Shown piece by piece: positions 33,954 through 43,600 of a stretch of DNA of 54,312 nucleotides (its first letter is position 1; every line of letters begins with the position of its first letter). The notes beneath the pieces were generated by a model, which ran no database searches, had not been told where the DNA came from, and saw nothing but the letters and a program-made list of their open reading frames with translations. This DNA is from Paraphysomonas bandaiensis (taxonomy: Eukaryota > Protista > Chrysophyceae). The position numbers were made by a program, and so were the translations under genes. Location of the stretch: the NCBI GenBank assembly GCA_965644295.1, contig CBFFRP010000566.1:1-54312 (forward strand). The letters run 5' to 3'.

Positions 33954-34341
33954 TGTAATCTTTCTGATGAGAAAGACCGTGTTTACAACGTTTTATATGA
34001 ATTTAAAGTGCTTCCCAAACCGAGAATACACTGTCCAGAACACCAAACCGGTGAAACTGCCTCCTAACACAAGCAAACCGCGAGTATAGAATGAATTAAA
34101 TTACGTTAAAACGTGTAAAGAAAGAAAGTGAAATCATACAACACTCTATCTTGCTGTGAATCATCTACAGTTTACAGTATCATACTTGCAGTTATACGGG
34201 ACGTATATCCCTTCAAGAATACTTAAACAGCAAGGTACACAGATAAACTGAAAATAAAAGTACAACAGCATGCTACCTAGAGTACCGCAGTATAACACCG
34301 TATAACTCCACGTATAACAGTAACTACAGGTATGCGTGACA
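33954..34341 (-). repeat. 3' LTR of Gypsy element
   Basis: Direct repeat of 40229-40616, adjacent to the PPT. Confidence 0.97.
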
Positions 34342-34588
34342 CTACCCCTTCTCCCTCCAGCTAGAGAAAAGAAATAGGAATACATATCTGGGATAGATAG
34401 AAGTAATACTTGTATCAGCCAATATAGCGTCATTCCAAGCATTAGCAAATAAATATCCAATTCATGAAATAAAAGTAATAAACATACGTAGAGCAATATT
34501 ATGATAATAAGTATGAATAATAGTATGAATGTTATAATATATATGTGATATAATCATGAAATATTAAATAAATAAAAGTAATCAACAA

Positions 34589-37500
34589 TTAGAGGAGAAT
34601 ATTAGGATATTGTTGGCAGAATGCAGCATCCACCAATACCATAGTAGAAGGATCAAATTCCGTGACTCGACCATAGCAGTGGACGTCATAGGCACTCCAT
34701 TCATAAGTAGATTGAAACAACGGGCAATAGAGGTCTATACGTAACTGGCGACGGCCAGCCCACCGCACATAAGAACATTCGACAACATACATCGTTGTAT
34801 AACAATTCGGCAGATTAAGTTCATCATAGAAATCTGAACCCCATGCACGCAAATCCACATAAATTGTTTGACCAGGTGACACCCCTTCGATAGGTATACG
34901 TTTCAAACGTGCACGTTCAGATTTTGCCATAGCAGCAGAAAACAACAGAGGGAACAATTGAGGTTTCTGCTCACAGAACGACTGAAATTGTGAGGTGGAA
35001 GCAATATCCTGTGACCATGGAAGCCATAATAACGAACCATCCTCAAACTGAACTTGGAATTCCATTCGAGAACGAACCTCCGGATCTCCTCGGTATGCAA
35101 TCACAGCAACCACAGTATACTGGTTAAAATCAATTTGCGCAACACGATATGCCTGCTCGGGCGTACCAAAGAACGGTTTGAGCCATGACATGTGCAGCAC
35201 AACTTCAAAACGCATCACAACATGAATGCATGTGACATCAGCCTTATACGTGGAAACCACTTCGTAAGGACCTTTGAAACGAGGGTACAATTTATTGGGC
35301 TTATGCTGAGTTGGATCCAGCCGCAACAAAACTAAATCACCAGGCTGATATTCATTCAAAGTGTGTGTAGGCGTGGCAGACTTGCGCTTGTCTTGGATTT
35401 GGCGCTGAACATCCATGGCAACCGCTCGAATCTTCTGTAAGTTCTCATTCAAAATAGACACATAACCCGCAGCAGAAGATTCATCCATAGTCAATTCACC
35501 CAAACGAAAATATGGAATATCAACGGTACCAAACACATATTGAAAAGGAGAGAGTCCAGTCTCACTACTGACTTCATCATTCAAAATGAACTGAATCAAC
35601 ATGTAACACTCAATATCCCCCCATGAATCTTGCAACCTCTCATCGTGGACTAAACCCTGTAGAAATCGCAACAGCTCTCGATGAGATCGCTCGACCATAT
35701 TGGACTCATGACGATTAGTTAATGACACTCGAAATCGAACTCCAAACCACTTCAACAATAACTGTACCACTTCAGCAGTAATGTTTGACCCAGGGTCTGA
35801 AATCAGTACTTCTGAAATTCCATAAGTAACAAAGTAATGAAATAACGCTCTAGCAACTCCTTCCGCTCTATAGTCCTTAGCTGGGTAGAGTCCTATCAAT
35901 CGGGCTGGCATTTGCTTCACAACATGTATGCAACAGTGTCCCTGAGCATCAGGAGGACTGACTGTAAGTGTGTCAAAACCCACAAAATGTCTGCAATGTT
36001 CTGCATCCAAAGCTCTGACAGGCGCTTGTAACGAATCCGACATACCACTGTTCAACTTCTGACATAAAGCGCACTCATCAATAAAGTTACGTACAGTCTC
36101 TATAGAGATACCATGTCCAGGAAAGACTTTGCATAATTTTAACCATGTTCTACGCAGTCCATGGTGTCCCATTCGACCATTGTGTATCATGTCGAAGGCT
36201 TCCTTTGCTGAACGGGGCTTTGGGCTCTCCTGGATCAGCTCCTCTAAATCCAGCAACACTGATTCCGGAAATACAGACATACACAACATATCTATGACAT
36301 CTGGCTCTGTTGTGCTCTCTATGTTAAGTATTTCATCATCTGACAATAAGCACCCATTCTCATATATACAGTTCAGTTCAGGCATTTCACTCTCCTCTGC
36401 ACAGTTTATACATGAATCCAAAACTGAAACCAGAGCGACAGTATCATCAGCAGCACCTTGGCGAGACAACCAATCTGCAAATTTATTCAGTTTGCCTTTG
36501 AAGTGTAATAAGTCAAACTGAAAATTCTGCATATACACACGCATACGTACGATACGATCCACCTCTGATTGCTCCATCCACTTCAGATTAGCATGATCAG
36601 TAAGAAGTGTAAAGTGTTTGCCCCGCACGTAATACGACAGTTTATAGATGCTGTAAAACGCTCCGAAACACTCCTTATCAATGATAGACCATTTCATTGC
36701 ATTGGCGGTAAACTTCTTCGATATCAACGCAATGACCTGAAACAATTCTACACCCTCATCTGAAATTGCAATCTGAATTAACACTCCACCACAGGCATAG
36801 TCTGAAGCATCAGTCATTAACAACCATCGCAAATTGTAATCCGGGTGATACAAGGTAAGAGACTTTAGTATGGCCTTTTTGAACGTTTCAAACTCATTCC
36901 TATAGTCTACTTTCCAATTTGCTTCTGTCCAATCAAAATCCTTTTTAGTCATATCATTGAGCCGATGCGTTAACTGACTGTAGTCCACTATAAATGGTTT
37001 GAAATACACTGCAGCTCCCAAAAACCGTTGCATTTGTTTAGTTTTATTTGCACCTTCTGGAAATATAATTGAATTTACAGATTCTTTTCGTTCCTGCGTC
37101 AGCGCATAGGTATTATCCTGACACAAATATCCAAAGAACTCCACCGAAGAATATCCGAACTTACTCTTAGATAACTTCAACACCACATTGTATTCTTTGC
37201 AACGTATTAGAACCAATTCCAATTTGGTGTACGCATCATTATAATCGTTCGCTAATATCAGCATATTATCAAATATGACAATCATCCATTCGGTATAATC
37301 ACTGAATATCTCTGACATTACCATCATCAACACTCCACTAGCCGGAGACACTCCTTCTGGCAAGAACTTCGGCTCAAATTGGCCCCACGGTGTTTGTACA
37401 GACAACAATGCTGACGTATTTTCATCCAGAGGTATGCCATGAAATGCATTGCATATGTCTAAGTCAACAAAAACCTTATATCCTGCAGCCTTGTGCAACT

Positions 37501-38563
37501 CTTTGATTACATCAGGAATCGGGAAGTGTGGACTCTCCATCTCAAGATTGACAACGCGATAGTCTCCACATATCCTAATGAAAGGTTTCGTTGCCTTTGG
37601 TGCAACTACAATAGGCGAAGCGTATGGACTCATACTCTTCTTGTAGAAATACTTTAACATTCTTTCAAACTCCTGCTTGGTCCGATCGTACAATTTCGGA
37701 GGAACCCTTCGCATATTTTTCGGTTTAATCCGATCTGGAATTGTAGACTTGCATTTGAGTTTAAGTGGCGTCATCTTGATTCCAGTCCACTTTTTAGGTA
37801 CAAATACTTCCATTCCAAGTGTCCTCAACAGCTCTAAAACTTTTGTCTGCTTCGCAAATTCAGGATGAATTCGCTCCTCCAACTTGCTCAAGTACTCTTG
37901 CTCAGCCTCTTCCACTGACATCTCCATAAAATTTATAAGTCCACCAAATGAACAAGGTTCTGGCATCAACTCATCTTCCGGAGCAACCCCTGCATTAGGC
38001 TTCCCCCATGGCACTCGTGTAGGAACTTTAGTAATTTTGTTATAGTCAGTTTCGAAATCATCTATCGAATAGTTAATTTGACACTCCACGCCAGCAAGCA
38101 AGTTTAGATGCATTATAGTATCACCCGAATTCGCATTACTCATAGACTGAACCATTTTACAAAACAATTCTGCGAAGTGCTCGCATATAGCTGGCAAACC
38201 GATTATAACTTCTTTAGTCAATCCATCCAACACATACAGCTTTAGCTTAGCACTGTAGATCTTTTCGCAATCCTTAAACTGCATTGTAACAGGAACATAT
38301 CCCTTTATCTGAACTTCTTTACCATTGGCTACTCTCACTCGAATTGGCCTTTCCACTAAATGCTTTTTTAACTTTTCTCCAACTTCATCCAAATACTCCT
38401 TAGAAATAAAATTATCGTTGCTCGATCCCGAGTCAAATAAAGCTACATCCACTACAATTTCATCATTATCATTATTTATTATAATCCCTTCTCTGTGTGC
38501 TGCTCTCCAGTATTTGCTGGTAGACATCTTATACAACTGGGCAGCATGATAAGTAGAACCCGA
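34589..38563 (-). CDS. pol: Gypsy Pol (protease, RT, RNase H, integrase, GPY/F, chromo-like)
   Basis: LFDSGS; RICGDYR, DLDICNAFH, IFDN; TDASDYACGG, TDHANL, ADWLSR; HHCC finger (H..GH..CALC); FDTL, SDPGS, ERSHRE; FKGPY; YTVVAVIAYRG..MEFQVQF..WLPW. Open in frame right up to the gag stop. Confidence 0.95.
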   Translation of the reverse strand, partial: SGSTYHAAQLYKMSTSKYWRAAHREGIIINNDNDEIVVDVALFDSGSSNDNFISKEYLDEVGEKLKKHLVERPIRVRVANGKEVQIKGYVPVTMQFKDCEKIYSAKLKLYVLDGLTKEVIIGLPAICEHFAELFCKMVQSMSNANSGDTIMHLNLLAGVECQINYSIDDFETDYNKITKVPTRVPWGKPNAGVAPEDELMPEPCSFGGLINFMEMSVEEAEQEYLSKLEERIHPEFAKQTKVLELLRTLGMEVFVPKKWTGIKMTPLKLKCKSTIPDRIKPKNMRRVPPKLYDRTKQEFERMLKYFYKKSMSPYASPIVVAPKATKPFIRICGDYRVVNLEMESPHFPIPDVIKELHKAAGYKVFVDLDICNAFHGIPLDENTSALLSVQTPWGQFEPKFLPEGVSPASGVLMMVMSEIFSDYTEWMIVIFDNMLILANDYNDAYTKLELVLIRCKEYNVVLKLSKSKFGYSSVEFFGYLCQDNTYALTQERKESVNSIIFPEGANKTKQMQRFLGAAVYFKPFIVDYSQLTHRLNDMTKKDFDWTEANWKVDYRNEFETFKKAILKSLTLYHPDYNLRWLLMTDASDYACGGVLIQIAISDEGVELFQVIALISKKFTANAMKWSIIDKECFGAFYSIYKLSYYVRGKHFTLLTDHANLKWMEQSEVDRIVRMRVYMQNFQFDLLHFKGKLNKFADWLSRQGAADDTVALVSVLDSCINCAEESEMPELNCIYENGCLLSDDEILNIESTTEPDVIDMLCMSVFPESVLLDLEELIQESPKPRSAKEAFDMIHNGRMGHHGLRRTWLKLCKVFPGHGISIETVRNFIDECALCQKLNSGMSDSLQAPVRALDAEHCRHFVGFDTLTVSPPDAQGHCCIHVVKQMPARLIGLYPAKDYRAEGVARALFHYFVTYGISEVLISDPGSNITAEVVQLLLKWFGVRFRVSLTNRHESNMVERSHRELLRFLQGLVHDERLQDSWGDIECYMLIQFILNDEVSSETGLSPFQYVFGTVDIPYFRLGELTMDESSAAGYVSILNENLQKIRAVAMDVQRQIQDKRKSATPTHTLNEYQPGDLVLLRLDPTQHKPNKLYPRFKGPYEVVSTYKADVTCIHVVMRFEVVLHMSWLKPFFGTPEQAYRVAQIDFNQYTVVAVIAYRGDPEVRSRMEFQVQFEDGSLLWLPWSQDIASTSQFQSFCEQKPQLFPLLFSAAMAKSERARLKRIPIEGVSPGQTIYVDLRAWGSDFYDELNLPNCYTTMYVVECSYVRWAGRRQLRIDLYCPLFQSTYEWSAYDVHCYGRVTEFDPSTMVLVDAAFCQQYPNILL

Positions 38564-40171
38564 TCAAAGATCATCAATAGGATCTGTGTCTCCCTGGTCC
38601 TCTTGTTCTCGCACAAGCATTCGCACATCCCCTTTCTCGTTTCCTAGTTTCCTCTGGTACCAAGGAACACTCTCTTTCGGAGTCCTTTGTTGAGGCCAAG
38701 GCGAAGTCCTAGTAGGCATTTCCTTAATTCCAAACCTGGCATTCATAGCTCGAAGTGTCTCTTTAAGAATCTCCTTATCATGAGAAAATTTGCAACTCTT
38801 GTCCTTGCACCCACCCTCTACATTCATTTCCTTAAAGCATGGACTCTTCTTGTAAACTTCTGCAGCCATCACATCCTCATTCACACTCTTAAGGTCATCA
38901 TCCTTTGCATCATTGTTACTTTCCTTAGTCTGTTTCTCATTCTCATCCGAATCATCTTCCTCCATCATAGCCAATATTGCAGCATTCAATTGAGGCTTTG
39001 TTTGGAAATTAAACCTGCCCTTGAATTGTTGATACTTCTCAGAAAGCTCCCTTGTTACTCTTAGATGTTCGAAAAACTCCTCGAAGAATGATTCCACTGA
39101 GTTGAAATTCTCTGTTCTCAATAATCTCTTACTGGTATCTCTCATACAAGGTGGTATCAAACTCATCCAGACTTCCAGTGACCCACCTCGTTTGGTGGTA
39201 GTTAGAGGTATACTCAAAGTCAAGTGATTTACTTTTGCTGCATCCACCAAGAAGTCATATCTCTGAATAAACTTAGTTTCGAGAATACATATATCTTCAT
39301 CAGCTTTCCTGAAATCCTCCAGTCTCTCCATATTAACCTTGTATGCTTTGCAAGATTTGTACAATATTTTGTTGAATGCCATTACGTCCAAAGGTTTAAA
39401 TAAACGTTTAACTGCCTCAATGATATGTGTGATCCTAGCATCAGTACACTCCAAGTATGTAGGGAATTCTGTTGGATTCATGCGTCGCAGGGTATGACGA
39501 ACCATGTCCCTTGCTCGATCTTTAAGCAAACTGTACACTGAAGGCACCGCTCTATTATAATTCCGTTTTTCATACTCAGCAATCTTCTCCATAAATGTCA
39601 TGAAGCCGTCTAAAGTAATTTCCGTCAATTGGATCTTCAAGTATGAATTATCCTGTTGAGTCAATACGACCTGACTAGTCCTGTCTTCGTCGGCCTGCCT
39701 TAGCGCTTCTTGAATAGTCTGTCTCCTAACATTCCTCCTCCTAGGCTGCTCTTCCTCTCTCAATACCTGCGTTGCGTTGAGCACGGCCTGTTGGACTGCG
39801 TCCTCGATTCTGGTCTGAAGTAGATCTGGGTCTATATATTGCTGTTCATGTACTGGTCCTTCAGCTTGTTCTTCTTCCTGTTGAACCTCTTCAATTTGAT
39901 TCGTTGCCTCTTCATCAATCTGGGATATCTCCCCTCCAAAATCTACTTCCGAATTAGCTGGAGTGGCTTTTCTTGAGGAACGTCGAGACTCCAGCTGCTG
40001 CAACCTTTGGTCAAACATTTCGAAATGAAGATCAATAGACTCAAAGCGTTTGTTCAGCTGCTCTTGCTGTTCAGCATACTGCTGCTGTTGTTGAGCAAAC
40101 TGTTCATTCTGTTCAGCAAACCGCTGCTGAAGGAACTCCATAATGTTCGGAACCTCTTCTTCCGAACTCAT
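38564..40171 (-). CDS. gag: Gypsy Gag with N-terminal coiled coil and C-terminal CCCH finger
   Basis: Long ORF directly after the 5' LTR and upstream of pol. First ATG at 40171. Finger CFKEMNVEGGCKDKSCKFSH. Confidence 0.85.
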   Translation of the reverse strand: MSSEEEVPNIMEFLQQRFAEQNEQFAQQQQQYAEQQEQLNKRFESIDLHFEMFDQRLQQLESRRSSRKATPANSEVDFGGEISQIDEEATNQIEEVQQEEEQAEGPVHEQQYIDPDLLQTRIEDAVQQAVLNATQVLREEEQPRRRNVRRQTIQEALRQADEDRTSQVVLTQQDNSYLKIQLTEITLDGFMTFMEKIAEYEKRNYNRAVPSVYSLLKDRARDMVRHTLRRMNPTEFPTYLECTDARITHIIEAVKRLFKPLDVMAFNKILYKSCKAYKVNMERLEDFRKADEDICILETKFIQRYDFLVDAAKVNHLTLSIPLTTTKRGGSLEVWMSLIPPCMRDTSKRLLRTENFNSVESFFEEFFEHLRVTRELSEKYQQFKGRFNFQTKPQLNAAILAMMEEDDSDENEKQTKESNNDAKDDDLKSVNEDVMAAEVYKKSPCFKEMNVEGGCKDKSCKFSHDKEILKETLRAMNARFGIKEMPTRTSPWPQQRTPKESVPWYQRKLGNEKGDVRMLVREQEDQGDTDPIDDL

Positions 40172-40228
40172 AGTCGACAATAATATAAATAAACAATGTT
40201 TCTTTCTATCCGACTAAAGTATTAATAC

Positions 40229-40616
40229 TGTAATCTTTCTGATGAGAAAGACCGTGTTTACAACGTTTTATATGAATTTAAAGTGCTTCCCAAACCGAGA
40301 ATACACTGTCCAGAACACCAAACCGGTGAAACTGCCTCCTAACACAAGCAAACCGCGAGTATAGAATGAATTAAATTACGTTAAAACGTGTAAAGAAAGA
40401 AAGTGAAATCATACAACACTCTATCTTGCTGTGAATCATCTACAGTTTACAGTATCATACTTGCAGTTATACGGGACGTATATCCCTTCAAGAATACTTA
40501 AACAGCAAGGTACACAGATAAACTGAAAATAAAAGTACAACAGCATGCTACCTAGAGTACCGCAGTATAACACCGTATAACTCCACGTATAACAGTAACT
40601 ACAGGTATGCGTGACA
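40229..40616 (-). repeat. 5' LTR of Gypsy element
   Basis: Direct repeat of 33954-34341. Confidence 0.97.
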
Positions 40617-40681
40617 GTTCCACCACACGACAGTCCCTCGTATGCATTACAAGATGCCCTCATGTGTGTGTATGTGTGTAT

Positions 40682-43600
40682 ATGAATCCACTCATTCTCT
40701 GTGTGTTTGTGTCTCAGATAACACTCACAGTTGCCTCAGTAGCCTCTCAAGAGGCAGCGCTGTGTGACTTCATTCAGGCGACTGATGTTACCTCCATACG
40801 GTCTGAGTGGACCTGTGCGGATGTGGGGAACAAGTGCAGCTTCACTGGAGTCACCTGCACAGGATCGAACATAACCAGAGTGGACTTAAATGATGATGGA
40901 ATATCAGGATCTCTCCCGTCATCTATCAGCGATATGACTGCATTGACATATTTGAATATTGCTTACAACTCTCTCATCGGTACACTCCCCTCATCACTGG
41001 GTCTGATGACTTCTCTTGATGATCTCGATCTATATGGCAATTCCTTAACGGGTCCTCTCCCCTCATCACTGGGTCAGATGACTTCTCTTAGTAGACTCCA
41101 TCTATATTCCAATTCCTTAACGGGTCCTCTCCCCTCATCTATCGGTGATATGACTGCATTGACATATTTGAGTATTGCTCACAACTCTCTCATCGGTACT
41201 CTCCCCTCATCACTGGGTCAGATGACTTCTCTTAATGTTCTCTATCTAAATTCCAATTCCTTAACGGGTTCTCTCCCCTCATCTATCAGCGATATGACTG
41301 CACTGACATATTTGAATATTGCTTACAACTCTCTCATCGGTACACTCCCCTCATCACTGGGTCTGATGACTTCTCTTCGTGAACTCTATCTATATGACAA
41401 TTCCTTAACGGGTCCTCTCCCCTCATCACTGGGTCTGATGACTTCTCTTAGTAATCTCCATCTATATTCCAATTCCTTAACGGGTCCGCTCCCCTCATCA
41501 CTGGGTCAGATGACTTCTCTTAGTAGACTCCATCTATATTCCAATTCCTTAACGGGTCCTCTCCCCTCATCTATCGGTGATATGACTGCATTGACATATT
41601 TGAGTATTGCTCACAACTCTCTCATCGGTACTCTCCCCTCATCACTGGGTCAGATGACTTCTCTTAATGTTCTCTATCTAAATTCCAATTCCTTAACGGG
41701 TTCTCTCCCCTCATCTATCAGCGATATGACTGCACTGACATATTTGAATATTGCTTACAACTCTCTCAACGGTACACTCCCCTCATCACTGGGTCAGATG
41801 ACTTCTCTTCGTGAACTCTATCTATATGACAATTCCTTAACGGGTTCTCTCCCCTCGTCTATCGGTGATATGACTGCATTGACATATTATATTTGAATAT
41901 TGCTTACAACTCTCTCATCGGTACACTCCCCTCATCACTGGGTCTGATGACTTCTCTTGATGATCTCGATCTATATGGCAATTCCTTAACGGGTCCTCTC
42001 CCCTCATCACTGGGTCAGATGACTTCTCTTAGTAATCTCCATCTATATTCCAATTCCTTAACGGGTCCGCTCCCCTCATCACTGGGTCAGATGACTTCTC
42101 TTAGTAGACTCCATCTATATTCCAATTCCTTAACGGGTCCTCTCCCCTCATCTATCGGTGATATGACTGCATTGACATATTTGAGTATTGCTCACAACTC
42201 TCTCATCGGTACTCTCCCCTCATCACTGGGTCAGATGACTTCTCTTAATGTTCTTTATCTAAATTCCAATTCCTTAACGGGTTCTCTCCCCTCATCTATC
42301 AGCGATATGACTGCATTGACATATTTGAATATTGCTTACAACTCTCTCATCGGTACTCTCCCCTCATCACTGGGTCAGATGACTTCTCTTAGACATCTCA
42401 ATCTATATGGCAAATCCTTAACGGGTCCTCTCCCCTCATCTATCAGCGATATGACTGCATTGACATATTTGCATATTGGTTACAACTCTCTCAACGGTAC
42501 ACTCCCCTCATCACTGGGTCAGATGACTTCTCTTAGTAGACTCCATCTATATTCCAATTCCTTAACGGGTCCGCTCCCCTCATCACTGGGCCAGATGACT
42601 TCTCTTAGTTATCTCAATCTATATGACAATTCCTTAACGGGTCCGCTCCCCGACTCTTTTTCCAGTCTAACTAATTTACGAACTCTAAGGGGTGATGGCA
42701 ATATGTTCACAGCTGTCTACCCTTCCGAGCTATGCACAATGACTAAATTAACAACATTCTACCTCACACAAACCAGTTACCATGAATGCTTGAGACCCAC
42801 ATCTGCCCCGACCCCTTTCCCTTCAGGACAACCATCTGGTCCTACAGGACAACCAACTGGTCAACCTAGTGGACAACCATCTACCGAACCGACAGGACAG
42901 CCATCTGGCCAACCTAGTGGACAACCATCTGGGATCCCTACTGGGCAGCCATCATGCCAACCCACAGGTGAGCCATCTGGTGAACCGACAGGACAGCCAT
43001 CTGGGCAGCCATCATGCCAACCCACAGGTGAGCCATCTGTGATCCCTACTGGACAGCCATCTGGTCAACCCAGTGGACAACCATCTGGTCAACCTAGTGG
43101 ACAGCCATCTAGTGAACCCACAGGACAACCATCTGGCCAACCTAGTGTACTGCCATCAAGCGAACCAACAGGGCAGCCATCTGGTCAACCTAGTGGACCG
43201 CCATCTGGGCAACCTAGTGGACAACCATCTGGGATCCCTACTGGGCAGCCATCATGCCAACCCACAGGTGAGCCATCTGTGATCCCTACTGGACAGCCAT
43301 CTGGCAAACCCAGTGGACAACCATCTGGTCAACCTAATGGACAGCCATCTAGTGAACCCACAGGACAACCATCTGGCCAACCTAGTGTATTGCCATCAAG
43401 CGAACCAACAGGGCAGCCATCTGGTCAACCTAGTGGACCGCCATCTGGGCAACCTAGTGGACAACCATCTGGGATCCCTACTGGGCAGCCATCTGATGAA
43501 CCTAGTGGACAACCATCTGGTCAACCTACAGGTGAGCCATCTGGTCAACCTAGTGGACCGCCATCTGGGCAACCTACGGGGCAGCCATCATGCCAACCTA

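Larger units (their letters stand above)
33954..40616 (-). mobile_element. Full-length Ty3/Gypsy LTR retrotransposon with chromodomain-like integrase tail, very young
   Basis: Two 388-bp TG...CA LTRs (33954-34341, 40229-40616), identical by eye. TSD GTTC at 33950-33953 and 40617-40620. PPT GGAGGAGAAGGGGTAG on the minus strand next to 34341. Order PR-RT-RH-IN. Confidence 0.97.

Noticed and set aside
34161-34496. Hydrophobic ORFs 34161-34496 and 40436-40663 as env-like or membrane proteins
   Set aside because: They run across the Gypsy LTR boundaries in AT-rich sequence, share only LTR-derived residues and show no env features.
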